Assembly: GCA_044229145.1 (NCBI GenBank)
Contig: JBGATO010000022.1
Coordinates: 1 to 53,044, forward strand
Source of the DNA: Candidatus Eiseniibacteriota bacterium
GTDB taxonomy: Bacteria > Eisenbacteria > RBG-16-71-46 > CAZEPH01
Reading direction: 5' to 3'
DNA: 53,044 nucleotides
Below, piece by piece: positions 9,703 through 21,691 of the stretch; position 1 is the first letter of the stretch; each line of letters starts with the position of its first letter. The notes under the pieces are model-generated. The model made no database searches. It was not told where the DNA came from and saw only the letters and a list, made by a program, of their open reading frames with translations. The translations under genes and the position numbers were made by a program.

Positions 9703-11090
9703 GGCGCGGGGATGATCCGCAATGGCGCCACCCCGCGCAGCGCCCGCTGCGCGGCGCGCGCCGGCGCCACCACCACGATCTGCCAGCGGCGCGGATGTAC
9801 CCACCGCGCCAGCACACGCCGCACGTCGGCCGTCGTCACCGCGCGGACCTCGCGCGCGTAGCGCTCCACCGCGTCCGCCGGCAGCGGATAGAATTCCTGA
9901 TCGATCAACTGCTCGGCGAGATCTTCCGGCGCTTGGAATCCCTCCGGGTACTGCCCGAGCACGTACGCCTTCGCGCGCGCCACCTCCTCGTCGCTCGGCC
10001 CGGTGCGGACCAGCGAATCGCTCTGACTCAACGTGCGGTCGACGAGCTCTCGCAGACGGCCAACCTGCGTCGACGTACTCACCGCGAAGAAACCGGTGTG
10101 GCGATACGTCCCGAAGCGGCTCGTGATGCCGTACGTCAGGCCGTGCGCCACGCGAATGTCGCGCACGAGTCGCGACGTGTAGCCGTCGCTGAACAGCGCG
10201 TTGGCCACCTGGAGCGCCGCGTAGTCCGGCGTGTCGCGACCGCAGGCGATTTCGGCGAACCGCACTTGCGCTTGGGTGACGTCCTCGCGCGGGATCACCG
10301 TGATGCGCGCGGCGCGCGCGGCGCCCGGCGGCGCCACCGTCCCACGCCGCCGGGGGATGGCCGGCGCCCGCCAGTCGCCGAACAGTGCCCGCACCTGCTG
10401 CCACACGGCCGCGGTGTCGACGTCGCCGACGATGGCGAGCGCCGCGCCGTCGGGCCGCGCGTGCGCCGCGTACCAGCGCTGGATGTCGACGCGCCGGATG
10501 CGCGCCAGGGAGGCTTCGTCGCCGGAGACCGGATGCCCATAGGGCGAGGCGCCGAAGAGCACGGAGCCGAGTGCGCGATCCGCGAGGTCGCTCGGGTCAT
10601 CACGTTCCGCGGCGATGTCGCCGCGCACGTCGCGCAGGACGGCGGCGACGTCTCGCGGCGCGAAACGCGGGTGGCGCGTCACCTCGCAAACGGCGGCGAG
10701 CGCGATGGCGGTGTTCTCGGCGAGCACGCTGGCACTCACCGTGAGATCTTCCCCGCCGACGTCGGCATCGACGGTGCCGCCCGCTTCCGCGAGATCGTCG
10801 GCCAGCCGCTGCGCGTCGCGCGTCGTGGTGCCCCGCGTGAGCAGCCGCGCAACGACGTTCGCCATGCCGGCCTGCCGCGGCGGATCGTCGGTGGCGCCGC
10901 CGCGCACCAGCAGGCGGATCTCGACCACCGGCAGCGCGCGCCGCGGCATCACGTTCACCGCCATCCCGTTCGGCAGCACGACGCGCTGCCACGTGGGCAG
11001 CCGGACGGTCGTGGTGTCGGGCGCGAACGCGGCGCGCACCGGCGCGGCGGCGAGCAGTGCGGCACACACCAGCGCGGACATCGCCGTCAT
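9699..11090 (-). CDS. M16 (pitrilysin) family peptidase, non-catalytic subunit, secreted
   Basis: VLPNGM...GG..DP...G.A N-terminus with no HxxEH; SRL..IR...GLTYG motif; signal peptide; ATGA overlap with partner. Confidence 0.88.
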   Translation of the reverse strand: MTAMSALVCAALLAAAPVRAAFAPDTTTVRLPTWQRVVLPNGMAVNVMPRRALPVVEIRLLVRGGATDDPPRQAGMANVVARLLTRGTTTRDAQRLADDLAEAGGTVDADVGGEDLTVSASVLAENTAIALAAVCEVTRHPRFAPRDVAAVLRDVRGDIAAERDDPSDLADRALGSVLFGASPYGHPVSGDEASLARIRRVDIQRWYAAHARPDGAALAIVGDVDTAAVWQQVRALFGDWRAPAIPRRRGTVAPPGAARAARITVIPREDVTQAQVRFAEIACGRDTPDYAALQVANALFSDGYTSRLVRDIRVAHGLTYGITSRFGTYRHTGFFAVSTSTQVGRLRELVDRTLSQSDSLVRTGPSDEEVARAKAYVLGQYPEGFQAPEDLAEQLIDQEFYPLPADAVERYAREVRAVTTADVRRVLARWVHPRRWQIVVVAPARAAQRALRGVAPLRIIPAP

Positions 11091-12421
11091 CGCGGCGCCT
11101 CCGGCACCAGCTCCGCGACGGTGCGATGCGCCGGTACCAGATAGGTGCGCACGATGCGGCGGACGTCCTCGGCGCTCACCGCATCCCAGCGCGGAATCGC
11201 GTCGTAGAGATGGCGCGCGTCGCCGTGGAGCAAATCCGCGTAGCCGATCTGCTCGCCGGCGCCGTTGTTGGTCGAGAGCGAACGCAGCAGCCCGAGGGCT
11301 AGCTGCGCCGCCGCGGTCTTCACCTCGCGTGGCGTCGGGCCCTCCGCCGCCAGGCGCGCGATCGTCGAGTCGATGGCCGCGAGGCCCCGCGAGACGCGCA
11401 CGCCGGGCGCCAAACCCACGCTGATCTCGAACAGCGTCTCGTCGAGATGCACCTCGTAGCTGGCGTCGGTGTCGAGCGCCACCCCGCGCTGCCGCACGAG
11501 CGCCTCCGACAATCGCGCGGACGAACTGCCGCCCAGTATCATCGACACGATCTGGAGCACCGGGACGTCGGGATGCCGTGCGCCGGGCACGCGATAGCCA
11601 AGCAGCAGCGAGGCGGCATCGCCGCCGTAGGTGACGCGCACGCGACGCTCGTGCTCTTGCGGCGGCTCCACGGCGATGCTGTCGGCGTCGCGCGTCACCG
11701 CCGGAATCGCCCCGAAGTGCCGCGCGATGCGCACCATCGCGTCCGCGGTGTCGAAGTCGCCGGTCAACACCAGCACGCAGCTATTCGGCGCGTAGTGCCG
11801 CGCGAAGTAGGCGGCGAGATCGTCGCGGGTCAGCGCGTCGATGTCCGCCATCGAGCCGAGCACTGGCCAGCCCGCCGGTGTGGTCGGAAACGCGGTGCGC
11901 CACAGCGCTTCATCGAGCTGTCCGTCGATGTCGTTCTCGGTGCGGGTGCGGCGCTCTTCCTTGATCACCTCGCGTTCGCGCGCGATCTGATCGGGCAGCA
12001 GCGCGAGCCCCGCCATGCGGTCGGCGTCGAGCGCCAAGATGACGTCGAGTTGCGGCGCCGGCACGTCCTCGTAGTAGGACGTGAACTCGCGATCGGTGAA
12101 CGCATTCGACGAGCCGCCGTGCGATTCCAGCAAGGTATCGAACTCGCGCGGCCCGAGGTGCGCGGAGCCGTTGAACATCATGTGTTCGAGGAAGTGCGAG
12201 AGTCCGGTGCGGCCCGCGCGCTCGTGTCGCGATCCGACGCGATACCACTGCCACAACGTGACCGACGGGACGGTGTGGTCTTCATGCGTCCACACCGTCA
12301 GGCCGTTGGGCAACTGGTGGCGTTCGAGCGGAAACGCGGCGGGCGTCAGTGGCGCGGCCGCGACACGCGCCGCCGCCAGCAGACCGCCAACCACCACAGC
12401 GATGCGGGGCGGGGCGAACAT
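11087..12421 (-). CDS. M16 family zinc peptidase, catalytic subunit, secreted
   Basis: Start ATG 12421 overlaps the pgl stop (TAATG); LPNGL, VGSRHE, SHFLEHMMFNGS (HxxEH), NAFT. Confidence 0.9.
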   Translation of the reverse strand: MFAPPRIAVVVGGLLAAARVAAAPLTPAAFPLERHQLPNGLTVWTHEDHTVPSVTLWQWYRVGSRHERAGRTGLSHFLEHMMFNGSAHLGPREFDTLLESHGGSSNAFTDREFTSYYEDVPAPQLDVILALDADRMAGLALLPDQIAREREVIKEERRTRTENDIDGQLDEALWRTAFPTTPAGWPVLGSMADIDALTRDDLAAYFARHYAPNSCVLVLTGDFDTADAMVRIARHFGAIPAVTRDADSIAVEPPQEHERRVRVTYGGDAASLLLGYRVPGARHPDVPVLQIVSMILGGSSSARLSEALVRQRGVALDTDASYEVHLDETLFEISVGLAPGVRVSRGLAAIDSTIARLAAEGPTPREVKTAAAQLALGLLRSLSTNNGAGEQIGYADLLHGDARHLYDAIPRWDAVSAEDVRRIVRTYLVPAHRTVAELVPEAPR

Positions 12422-13206
12422 TACGGCCGGACGATCTCCGCGAAGGCATCCGGCGTATCCTGCGGCACACCCGCGGCGTCGGCGTCGAGGTACCAGTACA
12501 CCATGCCGTCTTCCGGCAGCACGCGTTGCGCCGGCCAGCGTTCCGGCACGTCCGGCCCGGCGAGCGTGCCTTGCACCGCGTCGCGCTTGTCGGCGCCGGT
12601 CACCAGGAAGGCGATTTCGCGTGCGTAGCGGAACGCCGTGTACGTCAGCGTGAGACGCTGTTTGACCGCCGCCTGCTGCGCGATCGACGGCACCACGAGC
12701 CGCGCCGTCGGCTGCAATTGCGGCGAGCCGGGGAACAGCGATGCCGTGTGTCCGTCGGCGCCGAGCCCGAGCAGGATGAAGTCGAAGCGCGGCGGATCTC
12801 CGACCTTCTTGCGCAGCGTCGCCTCGTACTCCGCCGCCGCGCCCGCGATGTCGAACGAGGTGGTCGGCATGAAGTGGATGTGATGCATCGGCACGCCCAC
12901 CGGCACCAAGAGCTGGCGCAAGATCGCGCCGCCGTTGGAGTCGGCGGACGAGTGCGGCACCGCGCGTTCGTCGGCGAAGAACACCAGGGTCTCGGGCCAC
13001 GGAATGCGATTCTGCCAGCCCTGACTGGTCCACATTTCGTAGAGCGGCCGCGGCGTCGAACCGCCGCTGAGCGCCACGCAGGCGTGGCCGCGTTCGCGCA
13101 CCGCACGACTCACCGACTCGGCGAAGCGTTCCGCGAGCAGCCGTCGCGCGTCCTCCGCGGTCCGTGCCAGGATGACCCGCGGCTCACGCGGCTCGAAGTC
13201 ACTCAT
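12421..13206 (-). CDS. pgl: 6-phosphogluconolactonase
   Basis: ALSGGSTP, FADERAVP..DSN, LGLGADGHTASLFPG, RLTLT. Confidence 0.93.
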   Translation of the reverse strand: MSDFEPREPRVILARTAEDARRLLAERFAESVSRAVRERGHACVALSGGSTPRPLYEMWTSQGWQNRIPWPETLVFFADERAVPHSSADSNGGAILRQLLVPVGVPMHHIHFMPTTSFDIAGAAAEYEATLRKKVGDPPRFDFILLGLGADGHTASLFPGSPQLQPTARLVVPSIAQQAAVKQRLTLTYTAFRYAREIAFLVTGADKRDAVQGTLAGPDVPERWPAQRVLPEDGMVYWYLDADAAGVPQDTPDAFAEIVRP

Positions 13207-14462
13207 CGTTTGGTCTTTCCGTGGCTCGTCTTCTTGGTTGTCGTGTGTGTGGTGGTGGCCTTCTTCTTGACCGACGATTTCTTGCTCGAAGACTTCTTCG
13301 CCTTGCCGTGAGCCTTGGCCTTCGTTGCCTTGCCGTGCGTCTTGTGCCGTGTCGCGCGCACCGACGAGTGCGACGACGCGGCGCGTCGCGCCGCGCGGTA
13401 GTGCCACGACTTCGCGGACGGCGCCAGCGCGACCACCCGCGCGATCTGCGCCGGGTCGTTCGGGAACATGCCGACCGGCGCCAGCCGCGGAATCACGTCG
13501 GCCCACACGCGGTCGCGGAAGAACAGGCGCTTGAACAGCGGCACCGCGTTGGTGGTATCGCCGTTCGACCACATCGACACGGCAGCCCAGAAAATCAGCT
13601 CGTTGCTCTCGGGAGCGAGCGCCATCGCGTCGCTGTAGGCGCGCGCCGCCTCGGCGGGGCGGTTGGCGGCGATGAGATTGTCGCCATCGGTTTCGCGGTT
13701 GTACGCACGGCCGAGACGGACCAGACGGTGCAGCTCGCCGATCGGGTCGTCGTGATCTTCGACTCGCAGGTCGAAGATGCGGTCGGTCCACGGCTGGCCA
13801 CTCGGCGTGCCGCGCACCACGATGAGCGCGGCGCTTTGCATGCCGCGGATGTCACCGCCGGCCGCCTGCGCCGAATCGAGCGCGGCGAGCAGGCGTTCCG
13901 CGAGATCGCCTTGGGTGGTCAGGAAGCCGTTCGCCATCGCGGTCCAGATGCGGTCGTTGACCATCAGGTTGGCTTGCGCGGCGAAGTTCGAGCCGACGTA
14001 ACTGCCGGCCGCGGGAATGCAGCTGGCGCCGGTGTGCGAGGCCGCGAGTCCGTGCGCGTCGACCATGCCGACTTGCCGCACGTCCGCGGAACTGTCGGCG
14101 CGGAGCAGCGAGTCGAGCGCCGCTGGCGCGCTGAAACCCTGTCGCATGAGCGCGAGGCCCTTCGGCCCGTACGCGGGTTCGACGAGCGATTGCGTGGCCA
14201 CCGCGCCGACGCCTGACTCCGCCCACGGCACCACCGAGCCCACCGAGAAGTAGTGCGACTGCACCGCGACGCCGAGTTCGCCGGTGACCGAATCGCGCGC
14301 AACGATCGAGAAGGTATGCACGGGACGCTGCGCCGAGACCGGCGCGGCGATGGAGACCGAGTGGAGCGCGGCGCCGCACGAGAGCGCGACGACGGCGCGG
14401 GCGGTCCAGCCGCGCAGGCGCGCGGCGCCGCCCGGCTGCCCTGCCGGGCCAACGACCTTCAT
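13203..14462 (-). CDS. DUF1028 (Ntn-hydrolase-like) protein with TPR and Lys/His/Ser-rich tail
   Basis: ATG 14462 after AGGAG; signal peptide; HTFSIVARD..TGELGVAVQS, GAVATQ, AGGDIRGMQSAAL, DLRVEDHDDPI.EL.RL. Confidence 0.85.
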   Translation of the reverse strand: MKVVGPAGQPGGAARLRGWTARAVVALSCGAALHSVSIAAPVSAQRPVHTFSIVARDSVTGELGVAVQSHYFSVGSVVPWAESGVGAVATQSLVEPAYGPKGLALMRQGFSAPAALDSLLRADSSADVRQVGMVDAHGLAASHTGASCIPAAGSYVGSNFAAQANLMVNDRIWTAMANGFLTTQGDLAERLLAALDSAQAAGGDIRGMQSAALIVVRGTPSGQPWTDRIFDLRVEDHDDPIGELHRLVRLGRAYNRETDGDNLIAANRPAEAARAYSDAMALAPESNELIFWAAVSMWSNGDTTNAVPLFKRLFFRDRVWADVIPRLAPVGMFPNDPAQIARVVALAPSAKSWHYRAARRAASSHSSVRATRHKTHGKATKAKAHGKAKKSSSKKSSVKKKATTTHTTTKKTSHGKTKR

Positions 14463-14487
14463 GAAGGGAGTGCTCCTGGAGTGCGGG

Positions 14488-15744
14488 CTACGCGCGGTCG
14501 AGCGCGGCGGCAATCTCCACCGCCGCGGCCAGCGCTTCGTCGTAGACACGATCCGGCGACTGCGGCGCCAAGGCCGCGCCCACCAGTTCGCTCCGCGCGA
14601 GAGCACGTGCCGGGACGCACTGCGGCACCGGACAGGCGGCGGTCACCCCGACCGACGCCATCAGCGAGGTGCCGTCAGGATGCACGCGCACCGAGTACGC
14701 CGCGGCGCGTGGCGCCGACACCGTCAGCGACACCGAGTGCAACGGCCAGCCACTCGGACACGACAGCAACTCCGCCACACCGAAGCGCAGCTCGATCGCC
14801 GGCGCATCGGAGCCAGTGTCGCTCCCCTGCGACTCTCGCGCGAGGCGTACCGTACCAGGCGCGGACGATCCCGTCACCCGCCAGCCGAGACGCGAACTCA
14901 ACCATCCGGCCAGCAGGAGCGCCGACGGCCCAGGTTCGGGCCGCTGTTCCACCGGTTTCACCGGGGAGGCAAACACGCCGCCATCGGCCCGGCGGGTGCC
15001 GATCTCCGGCGGCGGCAAGAGGATCTCGACCGCATCGACGCGCTCGAGGTCGTGCCGTTCGACCAGTCCGTCGAACAGCTCGGCGCAGATCACGCGCCAC
15101 GCATACAGACGCTGCCACGCCATGTCGACCACATGCACGCGGGGCGAGCCGAAGCGCGCACGCGCCTTCTCCCACATCCGCAAGGCACGCAGCCCGTCGC
15201 GGTCGCGCGACTCGAGCACCAGGCGGTCGGCGACGTGGAACACCGTCGCCATTTGCGGCAGCTCCCACTGATGGCGATCCGCCGCCCACACCGTCACCGG
15301 CAGGTTGGGCTCGAGCAGCCCGAGCACCAGCGGCGCCACGTTGTGCACGCCGTCCCCCGCCGCGTCGATGCGGATGATCTCGTTGCAGACGTGGCGCCGG
15401 CCGGCCATCGGCATTTGGCAGAAGACGGAGTAGCGCGCCTCGATGTGCGCGTCGCCCGCAGGGTCGAGGGTGACCAGCAGCAAGCGGGACGGCTGCGTCG
15501 CGGTGGCGGCTACCAATGTGTCCTGCACCGCTTCGGCATCGTCCTGCGGGCCGACCAGCGCGACGACGGTGCCGGTGCTGGTGCGCAGGACCGGCGCGCC
15601 GCCGTGCGTCACGCTGTCGGTGGCAGCGGCACGCCAGGCGGCGGTGAGTTCGCGTTCGATGGTGGCGGCGTCGGGCACCGTGTGGGCGCTGCCCACGACT
15701 TGCGGCACGGCGCGATCGTCGGTGACGCGCGAGCCGGTGGTCAT
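14488..15744 (-). CDS. opcA: Glucose-6-phosphate dehydrogenase assembly protein OpcA
   Basis: ATGA overlap with the zwf stop; PSR, CNEII, LL.PNLPV.VW, DMAWQRL..WR, LLAGWLSSRLGW. Confidence 0.85.
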   Translation of the reverse strand: MTTGSRVTDDRAVPQVVGSAHTVPDAATIERELTAAWRAAATDSVTHGGAPVLRTSTGTVVALVGPQDDAEAVQDTLVAATATQPSRLLLVTLDPAGDAHIEARYSVFCQMPMAGRRHVCNEIIRIDAAGDGVHNVAPLVLGLLEPNLPVTVWAADRHQWELPQMATVFHVADRLVLESRDRDGLRALRMWEKARARFGSPRVHVVDMAWQRLYAWRVICAELFDGLVERHDLERVDAVEILLPPPEIGTRRADGGVFASPVKPVEQRPEPGPSALLLAGWLSSRLGWRVTGSSAPGTVRLARESQGSDTGSDAPAIELRFGVAELLSCPSGWPLHSVSLTVSAPRAAAYSVRVHPDGTSLMASVGVTAACPVPQCVPARALARSELVGAALAPQSPDRVYDEALAAAVEIAAALDRA

Positions 15745-17296
15745 AGCCGCCGCCATGCGTGGCCGGTGGACGCGAGAAGCGCATCCGCTTCGGCCGGGCC
15801 CCAGGTGCCCGCCGCGTACGTCGGCAGGGCGCCCGGCTGGTGCGCCGCCCAGCCGTCGAGGATCGCGGTGACGTAGTTCCAGGCTGCCTCGACCTCGTCG
15901 CGGCGCGTGAAGAGCGTGGAGTCACCGATCAGCACGTCGAGCAGCAGGCGCTCGTAGGCGTCGGGGGTCGCCTCGCCGAAGCTGGTGCCGTAGCGGAAGT
16001 CCATGTTCACCGGCTGGAGGCGGATCGTCGGTCCCGGCACCTTGGCATTGAACTGCAACGTGATGCCTTCGTTCGGCTGAATGTGCATCGACAGCACCGA
16101 GGGCGACGGGGTCTCCGCGCCCGCCTTGGCGAACAGTTGCAGCGGCACGGTGCGGAACTGGATGGCGATCTCGGTGACGCGCTTCGCCAGACGCTTGCCG
16201 GCGCGCAGGTAGAACGGCACCCCGGCCCACCGCCACGAGTCGACGTAGGCGGGCAGCGCGACATAGGTCTCGGTGAGCGAGTCCGCCGCGACGCCCGGCT
16301 CCGTGCGGTAGCCCGGCACCGCGCCGGCGCCGAGCGAGCCATCGCCGTACTGCGCGCGGACGATGCGCCGCGCGATGTCGTCGCGCGACGGCAGCCGCAG
16401 CGCGCTCAGGACCTTCACCTTCTCGTCGCGCACCGCGTCGGCGTCGAAGGTGATCGGCGGCTCCATCGCGGTGAGCGCGAGCAGTTCGAGCATGTGGTTC
16501 TGCACGATGTCGCGCAGGATCCCGGCTTCCTCGAAGTACGCCGCGCGCCCTTCGACGCCGACGGTTTCCGCCACCGTGATCTGCACGTGGTCGATGTAAT
16601 TGCGATTCCACACCGGTTCGAACAACCCGTTGGCGAAGCGCAGCGCCAAGATGTTCTGCACCGTCTCTTTGCCGAGGTAGTGGTCGATGCGGTAGACCTG
16701 CTCCTCGGCGAACACCTGCGCAACCTCGGCGTTGAGCGCGCGCGCGGTGGCAAGGTCGCGCCCGAACGGCTTCTCGATGATGATGCGGGTCCACGGCGCG
16801 GTCTTGCCGTGCGCGTGGATCAGCCCGGCGGCGCCCAAGCGTTCGACCACACCGGGTGCGGCGCTCGGTGGAATCGCGAGATAGAACACGCGGCTGGTGC
16901 CGGCTTCGCGCTGCGAGGCAATGTCGTCGAGCCGCGCGCGCAACTGCGCGTAGCCCTCGGCGGTTTCGTCGCACGCCTGGAAGAAGAGACCGGCGGCGAA
17001 TTCGTCCCACGCGGTGTCGATGGCGCCGCCGTAGCGCGAGAACTGCGCGACGCCTTCGCGCATGCGGGCGCGGAACTCCTCGTCGGCGATCGGCCGGCGC
17101 GCGGTGCCGACGACGCTGAAGCCGCGTGGCAACAGCCCGTCGCAGTGCAGCGAGAACAGCGCCGGCATCAGCTTGCGCGCGGTGAGATCGCCGGTGGCGC
17201 CGACGATGACCAGCACGCAGCGTTCGGCGGCACGCGCCGAGGTCAGGCCTTCGCGCAGCGGATTGTCCGCCGTCAGCACGCTCGAGACGGCATCGC

Positions 17297-17300
<4 letters not shown>
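15741..17300 (-). CDS. zwf: Glucose-6-phosphate 1-dehydrogenase
   Basis: GATGDLTARKL, IEKPFG, RIDHYLGKE, RWAGVPFYLRAGK, YERLLLD. Confidence 0.97.
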
Positions 17301-18222
<922 letters not shown>

Positions 18223-18358
18223 AAATGCGCGGCGTCCGGCGCGTTCCTTCGCGCTCCGCCGGGGCGGGCCCACCGGCCACGTCCCGGGTATTGTCGGAAA
18301 CCTCAGCCAGGCTCCGCAGCGAAAAGACGCTGCCCGCGTGTGCCCTGACGGTGGGCGC

Positions 18359-20686
18359 CTACTCCGCGTGCGATGCGGCGAACCGCAGCCGCAGTGCGTC
18401 GTCGGCGAGGTCCACGTTGACTTCCCCTCCGTGTTCGAGCGCGCCGAACAGCACCTCGTCGGCGAGCCGGTCGCGCAGCTCGCTTTGGATCAGCCGTGCC
18501 AACGGCCGCGCGCCGAACGCCGGGTCGTAGCCGCGCCGTGCCAGCCACGCTCGCGCCTCGGGTGACAAGGCGATGGCCACCCGCCGCTCACGCAACTGCG
18601 CCTCGAGTTCGCGCACGAACTTCTCGACGATCGACTCCATGACCTCGTGGCTCAGTGGCGCGAATGGCACGATGGCGTCGAGGCGGTTGCGGAATTCGGG
18701 GCTGAACAGCCGTTCGATTGCCTTGCGCGCGCGTCCGGCGGCTTCGCGGCCACGCGCCGCGCCGTCATCGCGCGCCGCGCCGAAGCCGGTGATGCCGTCG
18801 GCCATCTCGCGCGAGCCGGCGTTCGAGGTCAGGATGAGCACGACATGCTGGAAGTCGGCGCGACGTCCCTGGGTGTCGGTGAGCGTCGCGTGATCCATCA
18901 CCTGCAGCAGCACGTGGAAGATGTCGCCGTGCGCCTTCTCGATCTCGTCGAGCAGCACGACGGCGTACGGATGCGCGCGCACCGCGTCGACGAGTTGCCC
19001 GCCTTGCTCGTGTCCGACGTAGCCGGGCGGCGCGCCGAGGAAGCGCGCCACCGCGTGCTTCTCCATGTACTCGCTCATGTCGTAGCGCAGGAAATGATTG
19101 CCGAGGGCGCGCGCGAGTTGCTTGGCGAGTTCGGTCTTGCCGACACCGGTCGGTCCGGTGAACAGGAAGCATCCGGCCGGCCGGCCCGGGGCGCCGAGTC
19201 CGGCGCGGGCCCGCTTGATGGCTTGCGCGACACGATGCACCGCGTCGTCCTGGCCGAACACCACGTGGCGCAGATCGGACTCGAGGCTGCGCACACGTTC
19301 GCGGTCGGAGGCACTCGCCTGGCGCGCCGGAATGTGGGCAAGCCGCGCCACCACGCTCTCGATGTCGTGCACGGTGATGGCGCCGTTGTCGTCGCCGTCG
19401 CCGTCCAGCCAGCGCGAGGCGCCGGCTTGGTCGAGCAGGTCGATGGCGCTGTCCGGCAATCGCGCGTCGCGCAGATAGCGCTGGGCGAGCCGCGCCGCCG
19501 CGTCGAGCGCCGCCGGTTCGTAGCGCACCGCGTGGTGGGCGCCGTAGCGGTCGCTCAAGCCCTCGAGGATGCGCACGGTGTCGTCGACACTCGGCTCGTC
19601 GAGCACGATCTTCTGCAGCCGCCGCGCCAACGCGCGGTCGCGTTCGAGCTGCTTGAACTCGTCGAACGTGCTGGCGCCGATGACGCGGAGCGTGCCGGCG
19701 GCGAGCGCCGGCTTGAGCAGTGTCGCGAGATCCATCGATCCGCCGTTCACCGCCCCGGCGCCGATCGTCACGTGCATCTCGTCGATGAACAGCAGCGGCT
19801 TCGGCCGCGCGGCCAGTGCGTCGAGCACGCTCTTGAGACGCTCCTCGAAATCGCCGCGGTAGCGCGTGCCTGCGAGCAGCGCGGCGGTGTCGAGTGCGAA
19901 GATTTCCGCGCCCGCGAGCGGCCGTGGCACCGGTGCCTCGTCGCCGAGCAATCGCACCGCGAGCCCTTGCGCGAGCGCGGTCTTGCCGACGCCGGGCTCG
20001 CCGACGAAGACCGGATTGTTCTTGCGGCGCCGACACAGCACTTCGAGCGTGCGGCGCAGTTCGGCTTCCCGCCCGATCAGCGGATCGAACTGGCCGGCAC
20101 GCGCGTGCTCGCTGAGCGGCGTGGTGTAGAGCGCCAGTGGCGAGCGGCCGCGGCGAGAGGCGCGAGTCGGTCGCGCGGTGACATCGTCGCCGGCTTCCAC
20201 CTCGTCCAGCAGCGTGTCGAGTTCGTCGTCGTCGTCGTCCGTGGCGCGCGCGCCGTCCTTGCGGATGCCGTGCGAGATGTAGTTGAGCACATCGAGCCGC
20301 GTCACGCCCTGTTCGGCCAGTTCGCGCACGGCGGCGCTGGTGGTCTCGGTCATCAGGGCGGCCAGAAGATCGCCTTCGCCCACCTCGTCGCGGGCGCTGC
20401 TCTGCGCGTGCACCACCGCACTGCCGAGCGCACGGCCGACGGCGCGGGTTTGCTCCGGTTCTGCGTCGGCCGCGTCGGGCAACACCTCGACATGGACGGC
20501 GAGGTAGTCGATCAGCCGCTCGCGCAGGCGTTCGACATCGGCGCCGGCGGCGGCGAGAATCTCTTCGCCCTCGGGATCGTGCGAGAGCACGAGCAGAATA
20601 TGCTCGAGCGTGAGATGGGCATGGCGGCGGGCCACAGCCTCGCGATAGGCAACGCTCAGGATGAGCTCGACGGCGGTGGAGAACAT
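18359..20686 (-). CDS. clpA: ATP-dependent Clp protease ATP-binding subunit ClpA
   Basis: Clp N domain; [50 protein letters not shown]; no ClpB/C middle coiled coil. Confidence 0.93.
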   Translation of the reverse strand: MFSTAVELILSVAYREAVARRHAHLTLEHILLVLSHDPEGEEILAAAGADVERLRERLIDYLAVHVEVLPDAADAEPEQTRAVGRALGSAVVHAQSSARDEVGEGDLLAALMTETTSAAVRELAEQGVTRLDVLNYISHGIRKDGARATDDDDDELDTLLDEVEAGDDVTARPTRASRRGRSPLALYTTPLSEHARAGQFDPLIGREAELRRTLEVLCRRRKNNPVFVGEPGVGKTALAQGLAVRLLGDEAPVPRPLAGAEIFALDTAALLAGTRYRGDFEERLKSVLDALAARPKPLLFIDEMHVTIGAGAVNGGSMDLATLLKPALAAGTLRVIGASTFDEFKQLERDRALARRLQKIVLDEPSVDDTVRILEGLSDRYGAHHAVRYEPAALDAAARLAQRYLRDARLPDSAIDLLDQAGASRWLDGDGDDNGAITVHDIESVVARLAHIPARQASASDRERVRSLESDLRHVVFGQDDAVHRVAQAIKRARAGLGAPGRPAGCFLFTGPTGVGKTELAKQLARALGNHFLRYDMSEYMEKHAVARFLGAPPGYVGHEQGGQLVDAVRAHPYAVVLLDEIEKAHGDIFHVLLQVMDHATLTDTQGRRADFQHVVLILTSNAGSREMADGITGFGAARDDGAARGREAAGRARKAIERLFSPEFRNRLDAIVPFAPLSHEVMESIVEKFVRELEAQLRERRVAIALSPEARAWLARRGYDPAFGARPLARLIQSELRDRLADEVLFGALEHGGEVNVDLADDALRLRFAASHAE

Positions 20687-20693
20687 GGGCGGC

Positions 20694-20702
20694 AGTGTAG
20701 CA
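20694..20702 (-). promoter_or_regulatory. Extended -10 box (TG-C-TACACT) 7 nt upstream of the clpA ATG, probable leaderless promoter
   Basis: Minus strand reads gtgcTACACTgccgcccATG with no Shine-Dalgarno. Confidence 0.5.
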
Positions 20703-20877
20703 CGCGGCCTCTGGCGCGGCGCGGTGGCGCGGTGGATTTCGCGCACTGGACACTCTGCCGGGAACCCCGGAGGGCTGCGGGCCCTCCTATCCCGTGCCGA
20801 TATCCGGCAGGGAGCCCCGCCCTCGCCCGCCGCCACCCTCAGGCGGCCGTCACCGTTTGTGCCGTGAAGGAGTCCTC

Positions 20878-21675
20878 ATGCGTATTCGCACCGTTCCGTG
20901 CGCCGCCGGCCTCGTCGCCGCGCTGGCCTTCGGGCTTGCGGCCTGCACCTCGACCACTACCACGCCGGGAATGGGCACCGTGTCGGTACGCCTCACCGAC
21001 GCGCCGGGTGACTTCGAAGCCGTCCACATCGTGATCCGTGAAGTGGCGATCCACCGCGGCGACGTCGCGGATTCGCTGTCGGGCTGGGAGACCATCAAGG
21101 CCGACAGCACCACCTACGACCTGCTCACCTTGCAGAATGGCGTGTTCGCGGCCCTCGGTCAGGCGACGCTGCCGGCAGGGCACTACACGCAGGTACGGCT
21201 GGTGCTGGGGGCCGGCTCGACGGTGACGGTCGACGGCATCACGTCGCCGTTGCAGATTCCGAGCGGCATGCAGACCGGCATCAAGCTCGTCGGGTCGTTC
21301 GACGTGCCAGAGAATGGGGTGCTCGACCTCGCACTCGACTTCGACGCGCAGCGCTCGATCGTACGGCAAGGCAACGGCGTCTTCCGCCTGAAGCCGACGA
21401 TCCGCGTCACACCGTTCAGCACCGCCGGGTCCATCGCCGGCCGTGTATTGCCGGCGCAGAGTGCCAGCGTCAGCGCGCTGGTCGGCGCCGATACCGTGCA
21501 GACCACCGTCGCCGATTCGTCCGGCGCGTTCACGCTGGCGGCGCTGGCGGCCGGCAGCTACACGGTGGCCGTGCACCCGGCGAATGCGGCCTTCCGCGAC
21601 AGCACGATCACCGGTGTCGCGGTGACCGCGCAGCAGACGACGCAACTCGGCGCGATCGAACTGCGCGTGCAGTAG
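20878..21675 (+). CDS. DUF4382 lipoprotein with C-terminal carboxypeptidase-regulatory-like domain
   Basis: AAGGAG RBS; lipobox LAAC; VRLTDAP, DLL.LQNG, G.YTQVRL, PSG.QTGIK, LDFDAQRS, LKPTIR. Confidence 0.85.
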   Translation: MRIRTVPCAAGLVAALAFGLAACTSTTTTPGMGTVSVRLTDAPGDFEAVHIVIREVAIHRGDVADSLSGWETIKADSTTYDLLTLQNGVFAALGQATLPAGHYTQVRLVLGAGSTVTVDGITSPLQIPSGMQTGIKLVGSFDVPENGVLDLALDFDAQRSIVRQGNGVFRLKPTIRVTPFSTAGSIAGRVLPAQSASVSALVGADTVQTTVADSSGAFTLAALAAGSYTVAVHPANAAFRDSTITGVAVTAQQTTQLGAIELRVQ

Positions 21676-21691
21676 ACGGCGCGCGGCGCGG

